Origin: an uncultured bacterium
GTDB taxonomy: Bacteria; Fidelibacterota; Marinisomatia; Marinisomatales; UBA1611
Reading direction: 5' to 3'
DNA: 28,481 nucleotides
Assembly: GCA_965660855.1 (NCBI GenBank)
Contig: CBFIBM010000002.1
Location: 129,073 to 157,553, forward strand
Made by a program: the position numbers and the translations under genes. Shown here in pieces: positions 8,276 through 18,664 of this stretch. Position 1 is the stretch's first letter, and every line of letters starts with the position of its first letter. Under the pieces are notes generated by a model, which did not search any database, was not told where the DNA came from, and saw only the letters and a program-made list of their open reading frames with translations.

Positions 8276-9556
8276 TTAGAACATATTTTCTATGGTATGT
8301 CTTATTTTATCTAAGAAGTTTTTAAAACTTCCATTATTTGTATTACTTATATGCATATGATCTTTTGCAAATAAAGGCCATAGAAGTAAGCCCATTATTG
8401 TTGCATGGTTTGGACCATCTGCAAATTCTTCATTTCCATTTATTCTAATTGGGTATCCTTTTCGAACTTTTACTCCAAAAGATTTTTCAGCTAAAGGTAT
8501 AATATTACGTAATAAAGACCCACCTCCTGTGAGTACGATTCCATATGTTAAAGGATCCTTGATATCTGCTCTTGATATTTCTCTTAATACTAACTGAAAA
8601 ATCTCAAGCATTCTAGCCTCAACATACTTTGAAACTTCTTCTTCTGTAATAGATCTTGAAAGTTCCTCATTTGAGTTGGATAGTTCTATACGAAGATCTG
8701 AAGAAGACATATTTGATACTGCAGATGCATATTTAAATTTTATTTTTTCTGCTTCATCTATACTAATCTGTAACATTAAAGCAATATCATTCGTAATACT
8801 TGCTGATCCAACTGGTATGATCGCAGAATGTCGAACCGCACTTTTATGATAAACAGATAAATTTGTTGTAGTTGAACCTATTTCAACAAGTGTAACACCA
8901 AGTTCCATCTCATCTTTTTTTAATGTTGATAAACCTGCTGCTAAAGGTTGAAAAACTAAACCTTCAACTGTTATACCTAATTCTTCAACACAGCTGACCA
9001 AATTACTCATGGCTGTTGTTGCAGCAGTTACAAGATGAACTCTTCCTTCCAGTCTTCTTCCAGTCATTCCAATGGGATTTGTAATTTCTTCTAAAGTATC
9101 TACAAGATATTCTTGAGGCAATGTATGTAGAATATCTCTATCTGATGGTAAGGATACTGCCTGAGCTAAGTCTAAAACTTGCAAAACATCTTCATTCTTT
9201 ATATTCCTACCATGACTATTACCTTGATTTACTGCATTACTTCGATTCAAAGCAATTGCAGCTTGAGTATTAATGCATCTGACGTGCTCACCTGTAATAG
9301 ATAATATTGCATTGCTAACCTTTCTATTTGCCATTTTTTCACAATCATTTAATAGAACCTCTAATTTTTTTATCAATTCGTCTCTATTTGTTATGATTCC
9401 TCTTTTCATTCCAGAAGATTCAATTTTAGATGAAGCAAGTAGCTTGATAGTTTTTGTCTCATTATCTATCAACCCAATTGCACACATTATATTTTCGGAT
9501 CCAATATCAATGCCTACTGTTAATTGATTATCTTGATTATTTTTTATTATTCTCAT
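8276..9556 (-). CDS. ftsA: Cell division protein FtsA
   Basis: GIDIGS, PQEYLVD, PIGMTGRRLE, ITNDIA, YVEARMLEIF and VLTGGGS actin-fold motifs; position between ftsQ and ftsZ. Confidence 0.96.
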   Translation of the reverse strand: MRIIKNNQDNQLTVGIDIGSENIMCAIGLIDNETKTIKLLASSKIESSGMKRGIITNRDELIKKLEVLLNDCEKMANRKVSNAILSITGEHVRCINTQAAIALNRSNAVNQGNSHGRNIKNEDVLQVLDLAQAVSLPSDRDILHTLPQEYLVDTLEEITNPIGMTGRRLEGRVHLVTAATTAMSNLVSCVEELGITVEGLVFQPLAAGLSTLKKDEMELGVTLVEIGSTTTNLSVYHKSAVRHSAIIPVGSASITNDIALMLQISIDEAEKIKFKYASAVSNMSSSDLRIELSNSNEELSRSITEEEVSKYVEARMLEIFQLVLREISRADIKDPLTYGIVLTGGGSLLRNIIPLAEKSFGVKVRKGYPIRINGNEEFADGPNHATIMGLLLWPLFAKDHMHISNTNNGSFKNFLDKIRHTIENMF

Positions 9557-10311
9557 ATAAATCTTTCTTTTGCAATTATCTGATTATCAAACCTCATGTC
9601 TAAGTATATAAAGTTTGATAATGATTTTGGTTTTAATAATTTTGAAAATTCAACAAGATGCTTAATCCTATCATTTATGTTGGTATTTCCAAAGTATATG
9701 TGAGTAGGCTCATCACTAAGAATTATTTCTATATTTTCATTAGATGACATTTTTATTTCAGATATATTTTCATAAAGGCTTCCATATTGATTTTTTATAG
9801 CGGATAATAAAGAAATACATTTTGTTATATTTTTGGATATAACTTTATTTCCAATTGGATATAAATCTTTATTAGGATTTATACTAGTAAGAATGGGTAG
9901 GTTGATGTATTCATTATAATTTTGATTAGGTAAAATATATGCTTCACTATCTAGAAAAATCATAGGGTCTGTATTTAAGTAGGCAATAGGGTTTCTCTCA
10001 ATAATTTCAACATGTATCTTTTCAGGAAAATGCTTACTAACTCGAGCGGCCTTTATATAAGGATGCTCCTCAATAGTTTTTTTAAACAAAGCGTATGTCA
10101 TTTTTTCATCAATCCATAAATCATTAACGTATTTCTGATAGGAATTATTTTGAATTACACTTGTTTTTGAAATTAATATGTTAATAGACTCATTTTGATT
10201 ATTTAATTCAGACCATTTAAATGAAAAAGCTATTGTAAATAATATTAGTATAATCAAAAAAAATTCACTAACAATTTCTAGTTTAGGCAGTTGAAAATTA
10301 CTTTTTTTCAT
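9553..10311 (-). CDS. ftsQ: Cell division protein FtsQ/DivIB
   Basis: Single N-terminal TM helix, POTRA-like PYIKAARVSKHFPEKIHVEIIERNPIA and C-terminal YLDMRFDNQII; canonical position. Start placed at ATG 10311 (ATGA overlap with the murB stop); ATG 10323 is the alternative. Confidence 0.88.
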   Translation of the reverse strand: MKKSNFQLPKLEIVSEFFLIILILFTIAFSFKWSELNNQNESINILISKTSVIQNNSYQKYVNDLWIDEKMTYALFKKTIEEHPYIKAARVSKHFPEKIHVEIIERNPIAYLNTDPMIFLDSEAYILPNQNYNEYINLPILTSINPNKDLYPIGNKVISKNITKCISLLSAIKNQYGSLYENISEIKMSSNENIEIILSDEPTHIYFGNTNINDRIKHLVEFSKLLKPKSLSNFIYLDMRFDNQIIAKERFI

Positions 10312-11231
10312 TTTTTTATACATTCCTTATTAGAAAACCCAATCAACTTTACCTCCAGTTCAAGATTAATATTGAATTTGTTTAAAACTTTTTCTTTAGC
10401 AATTTTAATAAGTTGAATTATATCGTTAGATGTAGCATTTCCATGATTTATGAAAAAATTTGCATGATGATCTGAGATTTCTGCATTTCCAACTCTGTGA
10501 CCCTTTAGACCTACTTTTTCTATTAAGTAACCAGCCGCAAATTTTGAATTTGGATTTTTAAAAATACTACCTGCTGATCTGTATTTTAAAGGTTGATTTG
10601 TTTTTCTTCCTTTACTCGCTATTTGTTTTTTTTGATAAATTATATCTGGTGTTTCTTTTGATAATTCAAAAGTTGCTGAAAGTATGAATTCCTCATCTTT
10701 AAAATTAGAATAACGATATTCAAATAATATTTGATCTGCTTTAAGGTTTATTAAATTTCCATCACTAGTAATTAATGATACACTTTTCAAAAAATTTGAA
10801 ATTTCACTTCCAAACGCACCAGCATTCATGACAAGCGCACCTCCAAGTGTGCCTGGAACTCCTATTAAACTTTCAAGTCCTGTAAGATTTCTTTTTGTAC
10901 TTTTTCTTACTAAGCTTCCTAACATAACTCCTGATTCTGCAAAAATTATATTTTCTTTAAATTCTAATTTTTTAAAGGATTTTTTAGGGGAAATAACTAT
11001 CCCTTTAATCCCTTTATCTGAGACTAATAAATTTGATCCAGAGCCTATAAAACAAATAGGTACTGAGTTTTGTTTTGAGTAATTGATTATTTTTAATAAA
11101 TCTTCGTAATTATGTGGGTTAATAAATGCTTCAGCTGGACCGCCTATACCATATGAAGTATGATTCTTCATAGGCTCATTATAAAAAATTTTACTTTTTA
11201 TCATCTTTTCTAAACCTTCTAATCTGTACAT
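10308..11231 (-). CDS. murB: UDP-N-acetylenolpyruvoylglucosamine reductase
   Basis: HTSYGIGGPA, GSGSNLLVSD, GVPGTLGGALVMNAGAFG, SAGSIFKNP, HANFFIN and LELEV motifs. Confidence 0.97.
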   Translation of the reverse strand: MYRLEGLEKMIKSKIFYNEPMKNHTSYGIGGPAEAFINPHNYEDLLKIINYSKQNSVPICFIGSGSNLLVSDKGIKGIVISPKKSFKKLEFKENIIFAESGVMLGSLVRKSTKRNLTGLESLIGVPGTLGGALVMNAGAFGSEISNFLKSVSLITSDGNLINLKADQILFEYRYSNFKDEEFILSATFELSKETPDIIYQKKQIASKGRKTNQPLKYRSAGSIFKNPNSKFAAGYLIEKVGLKGHRVGNAEISDHHANFFINHGNATSNDIIQLIKIAKEKVLNKFNINLELEVKLIGFSNKECIKK

Positions 11232-11233
11232 TT

Positions 11234-12619
11234 TTAGTTGGAACTTTCTTTTAAATGTTCAAAATATTTTTCACCATATCGCCATATATTCCCTGCACCT
11301 AAGGTCAATACAATACTATCTGGTTCAATTAATTCATCTATTATATCTTGTAACTTATCAAGATCTTTTAAATAGATTTTTTTATTTGTATTTTTTGGTT
11401 TTAATTGATCAAATATTAGTTTTGAAGACACTCCAGGAATGGGTTTTTCTCGCGCTGGGTATATATCGGTTAAGATAATATAATCAGCTCCATCTAATGC
11501 ATGTGCAAAGGCTTTATAAAATTCTTTTGTGCGTGAATATAGGTGTGGTTGAAAAATAACGATCAGCTTATGAGACCAACCATTTTTTACAGCATTAATG
11601 GTCTCTTTAACCTCTGTTGGATGATGTGCATAATCATCTACAACCATTATATTATTATATACTCCTTTTATATCGAACCTTCGCCGAACTCCATTATAAT
11701 TTGTTAGTCCCTTTTTAATAGAATTAAATGAAAGACCCAATTCAAAACCTAAAGTAACAGCTCCTAAAGAATTCATGATATTATGTTCTCCTGGAACATT
11801 CAAATGAATTTCTCCTAGGTTTTCCTCTGCGCAAAAAAGAGTGTATGTGGATTTATTTTCATTAAATCTAATATTCTCTGCGCGATAGGCCGCATCCCTT
11901 GACTGTCCAAAGGTAGTGATGGGTCTTTCAATTTTATGTAACATATTTTTAATCGAAATCGAGTCTATATTTAATATAACTGAACCATAAAATGGTACTG
12001 ATTGACAAAACTGTAAAAAAGCTTGTTCTAAATCTTCCAAATCTTTATAGCAATCTGTATGCTCAAGTTCAATATTATTAATAATTGCAATAGTGGGATT
12101 TAAAGATAAAAAACTCCTATCAAATTCGTCTGCTTCAACAACAATAATTCCCCCTGATCCTAATCTTGAATTAGTATTAATTTTTTGTACTAGTCCACCA
12201 ACCACTAAAGTTGGATCTTTTTTAGCATATGTTAAAATTGATCCAATCATTGATGATGTTGTAGTTTTACCATGTGTCCCACTAACCGCTATACTAGTTT
12301 CTTTAAGATTAATTAGCTCACCAAGCATTTCCGCTCTTTTAATAACTGGTATACCAATTTGCTTTGCTCTTATTATTTCACAATTTTCTTGAGGTATTGC
12401 ACTTGAGTAGACCAAAGCATCTGAACCATTAACATTTTCAGGGGCATGTTTATTTACAATTTTAATTCCTAGATTTTTTAATCGGGATACATTTACATTT
12501 TCCGAAATATCTGAACCAGTAATCCTAAAATTGAGATTTTTTAATAATTCAGCAATTCCACTCATACCTATTCCACCTATTCCCACAAAATGTATCTTTT
12601 TAATTTTCCGAAATTTCAT
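11234..12619 (-). CDS. murC: UDP-N-acetylmuramate--L-alanine ligase
   Basis: HFVGIGGIGMSGIA, GTHGKTTTS, EADEFDRSF, GVRRRF, DDYAHHPTE and FQPHLYSRT motifs. Confidence 0.98.
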   Translation of the reverse strand: MKFRKIKKIHFVGIGGIGMSGIAELLKNLNFRITGSDISENVNVSRLKNLGIKIVNKHAPENVNGSDALVYSSAIPQENCEIIRAKQIGIPVIKRAEMLGELINLKETSIAVSGTHGKTTTSSMIGSILTYAKKDPTLVVGGLVQKINTNSRLGSGGIIVVEADEFDRSFLSLNPTIAIINNIELEHTDCYKDLEDLEQAFLQFCQSVPFYGSVILNIDSISIKNMLHKIERPITTFGQSRDAAYRAENIRFNENKSTYTLFCAEENLGEIHLNVPGEHNIMNSLGAVTLGFELGLSFNSIKKGLTNYNGVRRRFDIKGVYNNIMVVDDYAHHPTEVKETINAVKNGWSHKLIVIFQPHLYSRTKEFYKAFAHALDGADYIILTDIYPAREKPIPGVSSKLIFDQLKPKNTNKKIYLKDLDKLQDIIDELIEPDSIVLTLGAGNIWRYGEKYFEHLKESSN

Positions 12620-12620
12620 T

Positions 12621-13724
12621 CTAGTTTAATTCCCTCATGATGTAGTCGACTATATTTTTTGTTGCATCAGATTTAGATAAGCTTTTTGAGGCAGTACTCA
12701 TTTTGGATAGTTTATGTTTATTGTGTATGAGTTTCATTATTAAATGAAATAATTTTGATTGGTTCATATCTTTTTCATGGATGATTTCAGCTGCTCCAAC
12801 TTTCACTAGGCTCTCAGCATTTTTTGTTTGATGATCTCCAGCAGCATTAGGAAATGGTATTAAAATAGCAGGTTTTCCACATGCTGTAATTTCTGATAAA
12901 GTTAATGCTCCACTTCTAGAAATTACCAAATCAGAGATAGCGTAAGCATTTGCCATATTATCAATAAAGGGTAATACCTTAATATTTTTAGTTGATTTAT
13001 TACGATATCTCAGATAATCAAAATCACCAGTTTGCCATATTATCTGTATCCCAGACTTTTCAAGTCTATTTGATATACTATTTAGCAATTTATTTAAGTA
13101 TTGAGAACCTTGACTTCCTCCAAAAAGGAAAATAGTTTTTTTTGATTGGATCAACTTAAATTCTTTTATTCCAGAGTTATAATTCCCATTTATAATATTT
13201 TTTCTGATTGGGTTTCCTGTAACTGAAATATTTTTTGAGTTTAATTTTTTTTCTGTATCTTGAAATGCAGTAAAAATTTTAATTGAACTTTTGGCAAACC
13301 AACGAGTAGTAATACCAGGGTAAGAATTTTGCTCTTGTAGAATAATTTTTACCTTCTTCTTTTCTTTTGATGCAATATATAGTGGTATTGCGGCTGCATA
13401 TCCTCCAGTCCCAATAATTACATCTGGTTTAAAATCATTTAAAAAGGATTTAACCTTTAATATTGATTTGATAATTCTGAGTGGTAACAAGGAATTTAAT
13501 CCGAGGCTTTTAAAACTATAATTTCTCTGTAAACCTCTGATTGGTACTAGTGTATGCCATACATCTTTAATCGGGAATACCTTTGCTTCTAATCCAAATG
13601 ATGATCCCATATAATGTATATCTATATTTTGATTTCTAAATGTAATTTCTTCACCAATAGCTAAAGCTGGAAACAAATGTCCACCGGTTCCACCACCAGC
13701 TATAATTATTTTTTTACTACCCAT
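12621..13724 (-). CDS. murG: Undecaprenyldiphospho-muramoylpentapeptide beta-N-acetylglucosaminyltransferase
   Basis: AGGGTGGHLFPA, GTGGY, EQNSYPG, TGNPIR, GGSQGS, SRSGALT and HQTKNA motifs. Start moved to ATG 13724 (MGSKKIIIAGGG), overlapping the end of ftsW; the ORF track starts at 13757. Confidence 0.96.
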   Translation of the reverse strand: MGSKKIIIAGGGTGGHLFPALAIGEEITFRNQNIDIHYMGSSFGLEAKVFPIKDVWHTLVPIRGLQRNYSFKSLGLNSLLPLRIIKSILKVKSFLNDFKPDVIIGTGGYAAAIPLYIASKEKKKVKIILQEQNSYPGITTRWFAKSSIKIFTAFQDTEKKLNSKNISVTGNPIRKNIINGNYNSGIKEFKLIQSKKTIFLFGGSQGSQYLNKLLNSISNRLEKSGIQIIWQTGDFDYLRYRNKSTKNIKVLPFIDNMANAYAISDLVISRSGALTLSEITACGKPAILIPFPNAAGDHQTKNAESLVKVGAAEIIHEKDMNQSKLFHLIMKLIHNKHKLSKMSTASKSLSKSDATKNIVDYIMRELN

Positions 13725-14871
13725 ATGTCTTAGGGCTCCAGCTATTATTAGTTCCAATAGATCTTCTAGATTGAGAGATGTTTAGAAGAATACCAATTAA
13801 TGCCATATTTATAACCATTCCAGACCCACCATAACTTATCATTGGCATCGGTAATCCAGTGACAGGAAATACCCCAACAACAACTGCGGCGTTTACAAAA
13901 GCATATAGAATTAGGTTAAATGCAATACCAACAGCTAATAGTACACCAAATGGATCGGTACAATTTTTTGCAATTTTTAGACATCTAAAAAATATAAATA
14001 AAAAAAGAGTTAATAGTGGGACTGTACCAAAGACAAAACCAAGTTCTTCGCCTATTATTGCAAAAATAAAATCTGTATGAGGAGTTGGCAAAAAATGGTT
14101 TTTTTCAACACTGTTTCCAAGGCCAACACCAAATGCACCTCCATTGCCCAAGCTTATTAAAGACTGCTTTGCTTGATACCCAATGTCTGAATTTTCACCT
14201 AACCCTAAAAAAGAAAAAACCCTTTGCCTACGATATTCCCTTGATAAGAGAATAGGTATTCCGATCATTGATGAACTGGTACCGATTAAAGATAGTTGAG
14301 ATATTTTTGCACCTCCTATGAATAAAATTAAAATTCCGATAACACCTATCATTAATGCAGTACTGTAATCTGGTTGAATGACAATAAGCCCCATAACCAA
14401 AAATAAAGTTAAAATAACAGGCATTAATCCAGTTTGAAATTTTTTTAATTCATCCCTTTTTTTATCTGCGTAATATGAAATAAAAATAATAATTGAAAAA
14501 CGCGCAATGTCCGATGTTTGAAGTGAAAAAGAACCTATATATAGCCACCTTGCAGGTTTATACCATGAAAAACCATTAAATAGATATGAAGCCTTTGTAA
14601 TGATTAATAAAATTAAAGAGATAATTAATAAATACGGAGCAACAAGCTTAAGAGACCTATAATCGATAAGAGTGAAAGTGAAAAGAAAAACAACTCCTAC
14701 AAGTAATCTTTTTAAATGTTTTTGCAGAAATAACATTTCTGTTCTACCACCTGATGAAGAAAATGATTCATACCAACTGGCACTGTAGAGCATAATAGTA
14801 CCGAGCACAGTTATTGTTGCTAAATAAAGTAATAGTTTTTTATCGTATTTCTGTATCAGAACATCAATCAT
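13717..14871 (-). CDS. ftsW: SEDS-family peptidoglycan glycosyltransferase FtsW
   Basis: Multi-pass membrane protein with ARW, QPDYST, GYQ, LPTPHTDFIFAIIGEELG and PVTGLPMPMISYGGS; between murD and murG. Confidence 0.96.
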   Translation of the reverse strand: MIDVLIQKYDKKLLLYLATITVLGTIMLYSASWYESFSSSGGRTEMLFLQKHLKRLLVGVVFLFTFTLIDYRSLKLVAPYLLIISLILLIITKASYLFNGFSWYKPARWLYIGSFSLQTSDIARFSIIIFISYYADKKRDELKKFQTGLMPVILTLFLVMGLIVIQPDYSTALMIGVIGILILFIGGAKISQLSLIGTSSSMIGIPILLSREYRRQRVFSFLGLGENSDIGYQAKQSLISLGNGGAFGVGLGNSVEKNHFLPTPHTDFIFAIIGEELGFVFGTVPLLTLFLFIFFRCLKIAKNCTDPFGVLLAVGIAFNLILYAFVNAAVVVGVFPVTGLPMPMISYGGSGMVINMALIGILLNISQSRRSIGTNNSWSPKTYG

Positions 14872-16234
14872 ATTTAGTCAGGGTACTAATTAATTTTTTA
14901 AAATAATTTCCTCGTTCTTCAAAATTTTTAAATTCATCAAAACTAGCACAGCCCGGAGATAATAAAATAATATCTCCGGGTATAGCTAGTTTTGAAGCTT
15001 TCATAACTGCAGAGTTGAGATCCTTACATAAAAAAGATCTCACCGCATCCCCTAAAGCAGTTTTGATGAGCTTTCCGGCATCTCCAAAACAAATAATATA
15101 TTTAATTGTACTTGTTTTTATATGTGGAAGGAGTAGCTGAAATTTTGAGTCTTTATTATACCCACCTATTAAAATAACAGTAGGCTTTTTATAAGTTTTT
15201 ATTGCAGATATTACAGATTCGATATTTGTAGCTTTTGAATCATTGATATAAGAAATATTATTTTTAATTGTAACTAGCTCTTGTCTGTGCTCAATATAAC
15301 TGAAATCGTAGATAGCTTCTTTAGCTTTTTCAATTGGAATATTGAAAAGACTAGAACAAGTAAGAGCAGCTATTAAATTTAAATAATTATGCTCTCCAAT
15401 TAATTTAAAATTTTCCATCTTCAATATTTTTTCATTCGATTTATAAAGAAAATTATCTTTTACGTAGTATTGGTTTTGTGTAGAATAAACATCAATTGGA
15501 ATTGTATTTAGATTTGAATTTTCAAATTTACCCTTCAAGGTTTTATCATTTGATTTATAAATTATAAACCCTGATTTATTCATATTTTCAATCATTCTTA
15601 ATTTCATTGAGACATATTCATCCATTGTTTTATGTCGATCAAGATGATCAGGAGAGATATTTGTATAAATAGAAACTTTAGGTTTGAAATTTTTTATAAA
15701 CTCTAATTGGAAACTTGATACTTCAAGAATATAAAATCTATCCTCAACTGGATTTATAAGTTCCTCTAATACAAATTTTGAAAAAGGTATTCCTATATTC
15801 CCAGCAACTACGCTATTATTATATTTCTTCTTAATAATTTCCAGTAATAGCAGGCTAGTTGTTGTTTTCCCATTTGAACCTGTTATTGCAATTATAGGGC
15901 TTTTAGTATACCAGCTAGAGAATTCTAATTCACTATAAATAGGGATACTATGTTTTTTAGCTTTTAATATAATTTTTGAATTTTTTGATATTCCAGGTGA
16001 AATAATCCAAAAATCTGCCTCAAAGATTTTACTTGTGTGTATTCCTGTTTCTGTGGGGATATGATTTTCAGTCATCAATTTCATCGCATTATTACTAACA
16101 TCTATGGATTCTGAAAGGTCGCTTCCAAAAACTCTAGCACCCAGATAATTTGCTAGTTTGGCAGATCTTAACCCGCTTTCCCTTAGGCCTATAATAGCAA
16201 TCTTTTTATTATTAATGTCCATAAAATGATTCAT
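14864..16234 (-). CDS. murD: UDP-N-acetylmuramoyl-L-alanine--D-glutamate ligase
   Basis: [34 protein letters not shown] and LSPGCASFDEFKNFEERG motifs. Confidence 0.97.
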   Translation of the reverse strand: MNHFMDINNKKIAIIGLRESGLRSAKLANYLGARVFGSDLSESIDVSNNAMKLMTENHIPTETGIHTSKIFEADFWIISPGISKNSKIILKAKKHSIPIYSELEFSSWYTKSPIIAITGSNGKTTTSLLLLEIIKKKYNNSVVAGNIGIPFSKFVLEELINPVEDRFYILEVSSFQLEFIKNFKPKVSIYTNISPDHLDRHKTMDEYVSMKLRMIENMNKSGFIIYKSNDKTLKGKFENSNLNTIPIDVYSTQNQYYVKDNFLYKSNEKILKMENFKLIGEHNYLNLIAALTCSSLFNIPIEKAKEAIYDFSYIEHRQELVTIKNNISYINDSKATNIESVISAIKTYKKPTVILIGGYNKDSKFQLLLPHIKTSTIKYIICFGDAGKLIKTALGDAVRSFLCKDLNSAVMKASKLAIPGDIILLSPGCASFDEFKNFEERGNYFKKLISTLTKYD

Positions 16235-17325
16235 CTTATTTTGAATGTTGCTAATGATAAAAGTGCTAGTAATAAACCTATAATCCAGAAGCGTACAACC
16301 ACCTTAGTCTCTTTCCAACCAGATAGCTCATAATGGTGGTGGATTGGTGCCATTTTAAATATTCGCTTTCCAATGCCAGTTTTATTTTTTGTCCATTTAA
16401 AATAAGAAATTTGTAAAATAACAGATAAAGCCTCAATAACAAATACCCCTCCTATTATTACTAACAAAAATTCCTTTTTTAAGAGGACTGCAATTGTACC
16501 TAGTGCAGCACCAGTGGATAAAGAACCTGTGTCTCCCATAAAAATTTCTGCTGGAAATGAATTATACCAAAGATACCCTATACAAGCTCCAGCCATTGCT
16601 GCAGAAAAAATTGTTAACTCTCCAGCCTCAGGTATATATAAAATATTAAGGTATTTTGAAAAATCAACTCTCCCAGTGATATATGCAATAGCTGAAAATA
16701 CGGTAAAAGAAATTGCTAAAAGTCCAGTTGCTAGTCCATCTAAACCATCTGTAAGGTTAACAGCATTGGATGTACCTGTTATAACAAACATTATTATGAT
16801 AGGGTAAATTAATCCAAAGTCTATTTCTGTATTTTTTAGGAAAGGGATAGTTGTTTTTGTTGTAAAACCTGAAAAGTTGAACAAAAAATAACTTATTGCT
16901 AAACTAAGTAAAATTTGGCCTATCAATTTATACCTTGCTATTAAACCAAGTGGTACTTTTTTGATCACTTTTAAATAATCATCGATGAAACCTATAACCC
17001 CCATCCAAATAGTTGAAAAAATAATAATTCGAATTAATGAATTATTTAAATCGGAGAAAATTATAGTAGGTATCAATACTGCTAATAAAATTATGATTCC
17101 TCCCATAGTAGGAGTACCTTTTTTTACTTTATGGCTACTAGGACCATTACTTCTTATTTCTTCTCCAACTTGGTGTTTATTTAAAATCTTTATTACCCAA
17201 GGACCAATTATAAAACAAATTAATAATGCTGATATGGAAGCAAATGCTGCGCGAAATGTTATATATTCAGACAAGTTATAAATGTTTGAATTTTTGTCAA
17301 AAAAGCTTAAAAAATATTGCAACAT
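16231..17325 (-). CDS. mraY: Phospho-N-acetylmuramoyl-pentapeptide transferase
   Basis: KKGTPTMGG, GFIDDYLK, NAVNLTDGLDGLA, FMGDTGSL and MAPIHHHYE motifs. Confidence 0.98.
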   Translation of the reverse strand: MLQYFLSFFDKNSNIYNLSEYITFRAAFASISALLICFIIGPWVIKILNKHQVGEEIRSNGPSSHKVKKGTPTMGGIIILLAVLIPTIIFSDLNNSLIRIIIFSTIWMGVIGFIDDYLKVIKKVPLGLIARYKLIGQILLSLAISYFLFNFSGFTTKTTIPFLKNTEIDFGLIYPIIIMFVITGTSNAVNLTDGLDGLATGLLAISFTVFSAIAYITGRVDFSKYLNILYIPEAGELTIFSAAMAGACIGYLWYNSFPAEIFMGDTGSLSTGAALGTIAVLLKKEFLLVIIGGVFVIEALSVILQISYFKWTKNKTGIGKRIFKMAPIHHHYELSGWKETKVVVRFWIIGLLLALLSLATFKIR

Positions 17326-17329
17326 AACT

Positions 17330-18664
17330 TTAAAAAGCTCCTTTTAATACTTTTTCCATAGCCATTCCTCTTGACCCTTTAAATAATATAACATCACCAG
17401 GTTGGATATCTTGTTTAAGCGTTTTTACGAGTTCAGTTCTTGAAAAAAAATGGCGTCCATTATTTTTTTGATTTAATGCGAAATTTGTTTCTTTACTGTG
17501 ATCACCTAAAGTGAAAACAGCATCAATACCTAGTTCAGAACATTTTTCTCCAACTATTCGATGTTGTCTTTTTGAGGAATTACCAAGTTCATACATATCA
17601 CCAAAAACAAATACTTTTCTACCTTTACTAGAAAATGCTTTAAGATAATCTAATGAAGCTAGTGATGAAGCTAAATTAGCATTATAGGTATCATCAATTA
17701 TTGTTATGCTATCTTTTTTAAAAATTTTGCATCGTCCACCTGGAGGAGAAAATGTTTTTACTTGCTTTTTTAAATCTCGCCATTCGAGACCTAATGTAAT
17801 AGCAACTGCAGAAACTGCGATCAGATTTTTTAAAAATGACAAATTGAAAGAAAACGTTGGAATTATATTAGTATTTAAAATTAAAGTTAATGTACCATCA
17901 TTTTCTTTTGAAATATCAGCAGAAAAGTCACAACTAGGTTTAAATCCAAAATTAATCTTTTTGCACTTAAATTTTATTTTGCTTACATATTGATCGGCTG
18001 AATTAACAAATGCAATTCCACCATTTAAATTTTTAAATAATTCTGCTTTTTCATTTGCTATATTTTTAATTGAACCAAAGCCTTCAAGATGTGCTGATGA
18101 AATATTTGTTATTAGGCCATGAGTTGGTTGAGCAACTTTACAAATTCTTTTAATTTCACCTTTTTTACTTGCGCCTATCTCTAATATGGAAATATCATGC
18201 TGATTAGATATTCTAAGAAGATTTAATGACAAGCCAATTAAGGTATTTTGATTACTCAAAGTTGAATGAACATTAAATTGTTTTGAGAGAACATGCTTTA
18301 GTAATTCTTTAGTTGAGGTTTTTCCGTTTGAACCGGTAATACCTACAATTGGTAAATTATATTGCTCTCTATATTCATTTGCAATTTTAGCAAGTGCAAT
18401 TATTGGATCTTTTATCCTTATTTGCTGTATTTCAATATTTATATATTTTTCTTTAACAATTGCAGCAACAGCACCATCATTATTAACATTTTCTAAATAA
18501 TCATGCCCATCAAACTCTTCACCCTTTATAGCGATAAACAAATCACCTTCATGTATATTTCGACTGTCAATACTTACACCAGAAACTGGGCGATTTAATT
18601 TTTCACCCATAATAGTTTCAAAAATAGCAGAAAACTGTTCTGGTTGAGGGAGGTTTACTCTCAT
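17330..18664 (-). CDS. murF: UDP-N-acetylmuramoyl-tripeptide--D-alanyl-D-alanine ligase
   Basis: [45 protein letters not shown] and KGSRGMAME motifs. Confidence 0.96.
   Translation of the reverse strand: MRVNLPQPEQFSAIFETIMGEKLNRPVSGVSIDSRNIHEGDLFIAIKGEEFDGHDYLENVNNDGAVAAIVKEKYINIEIQQIRIKDPIIALAKIANEYREQYNLPIVGITGSNGKTSTKELLKHVLSKQFNVHSTLSNQNTLIGLSLNLLRISNQHDISILEIGASKKGEIKRICKVAQPTHGLITNISSAHLEGFGSIKNIANEKAELFKNLNGGIAFVNSADQYVSKIKFKCKKINFGFKPSCDFSADISKENDGTLTLILNTNIIPTFSFNLSFLKNLIAVSAVAITLGLEWRDLKKQVKTFSPPGGRCKIFKKDSITIIDDTYNANLASSLASLDYLKAFSSKGRKVFVFGDMYELGNSSKRQHRIVGEKCSELGIDAVFTLGDHSKETNFALNQKNNGRHFFSRTELVKTLKQDIQPGDVILFKGSRGMAMEKVLKGAF

Noticed and set aside
13725..13757. N-terminal extension of MurG in the ORF track (similarly MurE 20110-20127)
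   Set aside because: The extensions overlap the upstream gene; the downstream ATGs give typical N-termini and tight coupling.
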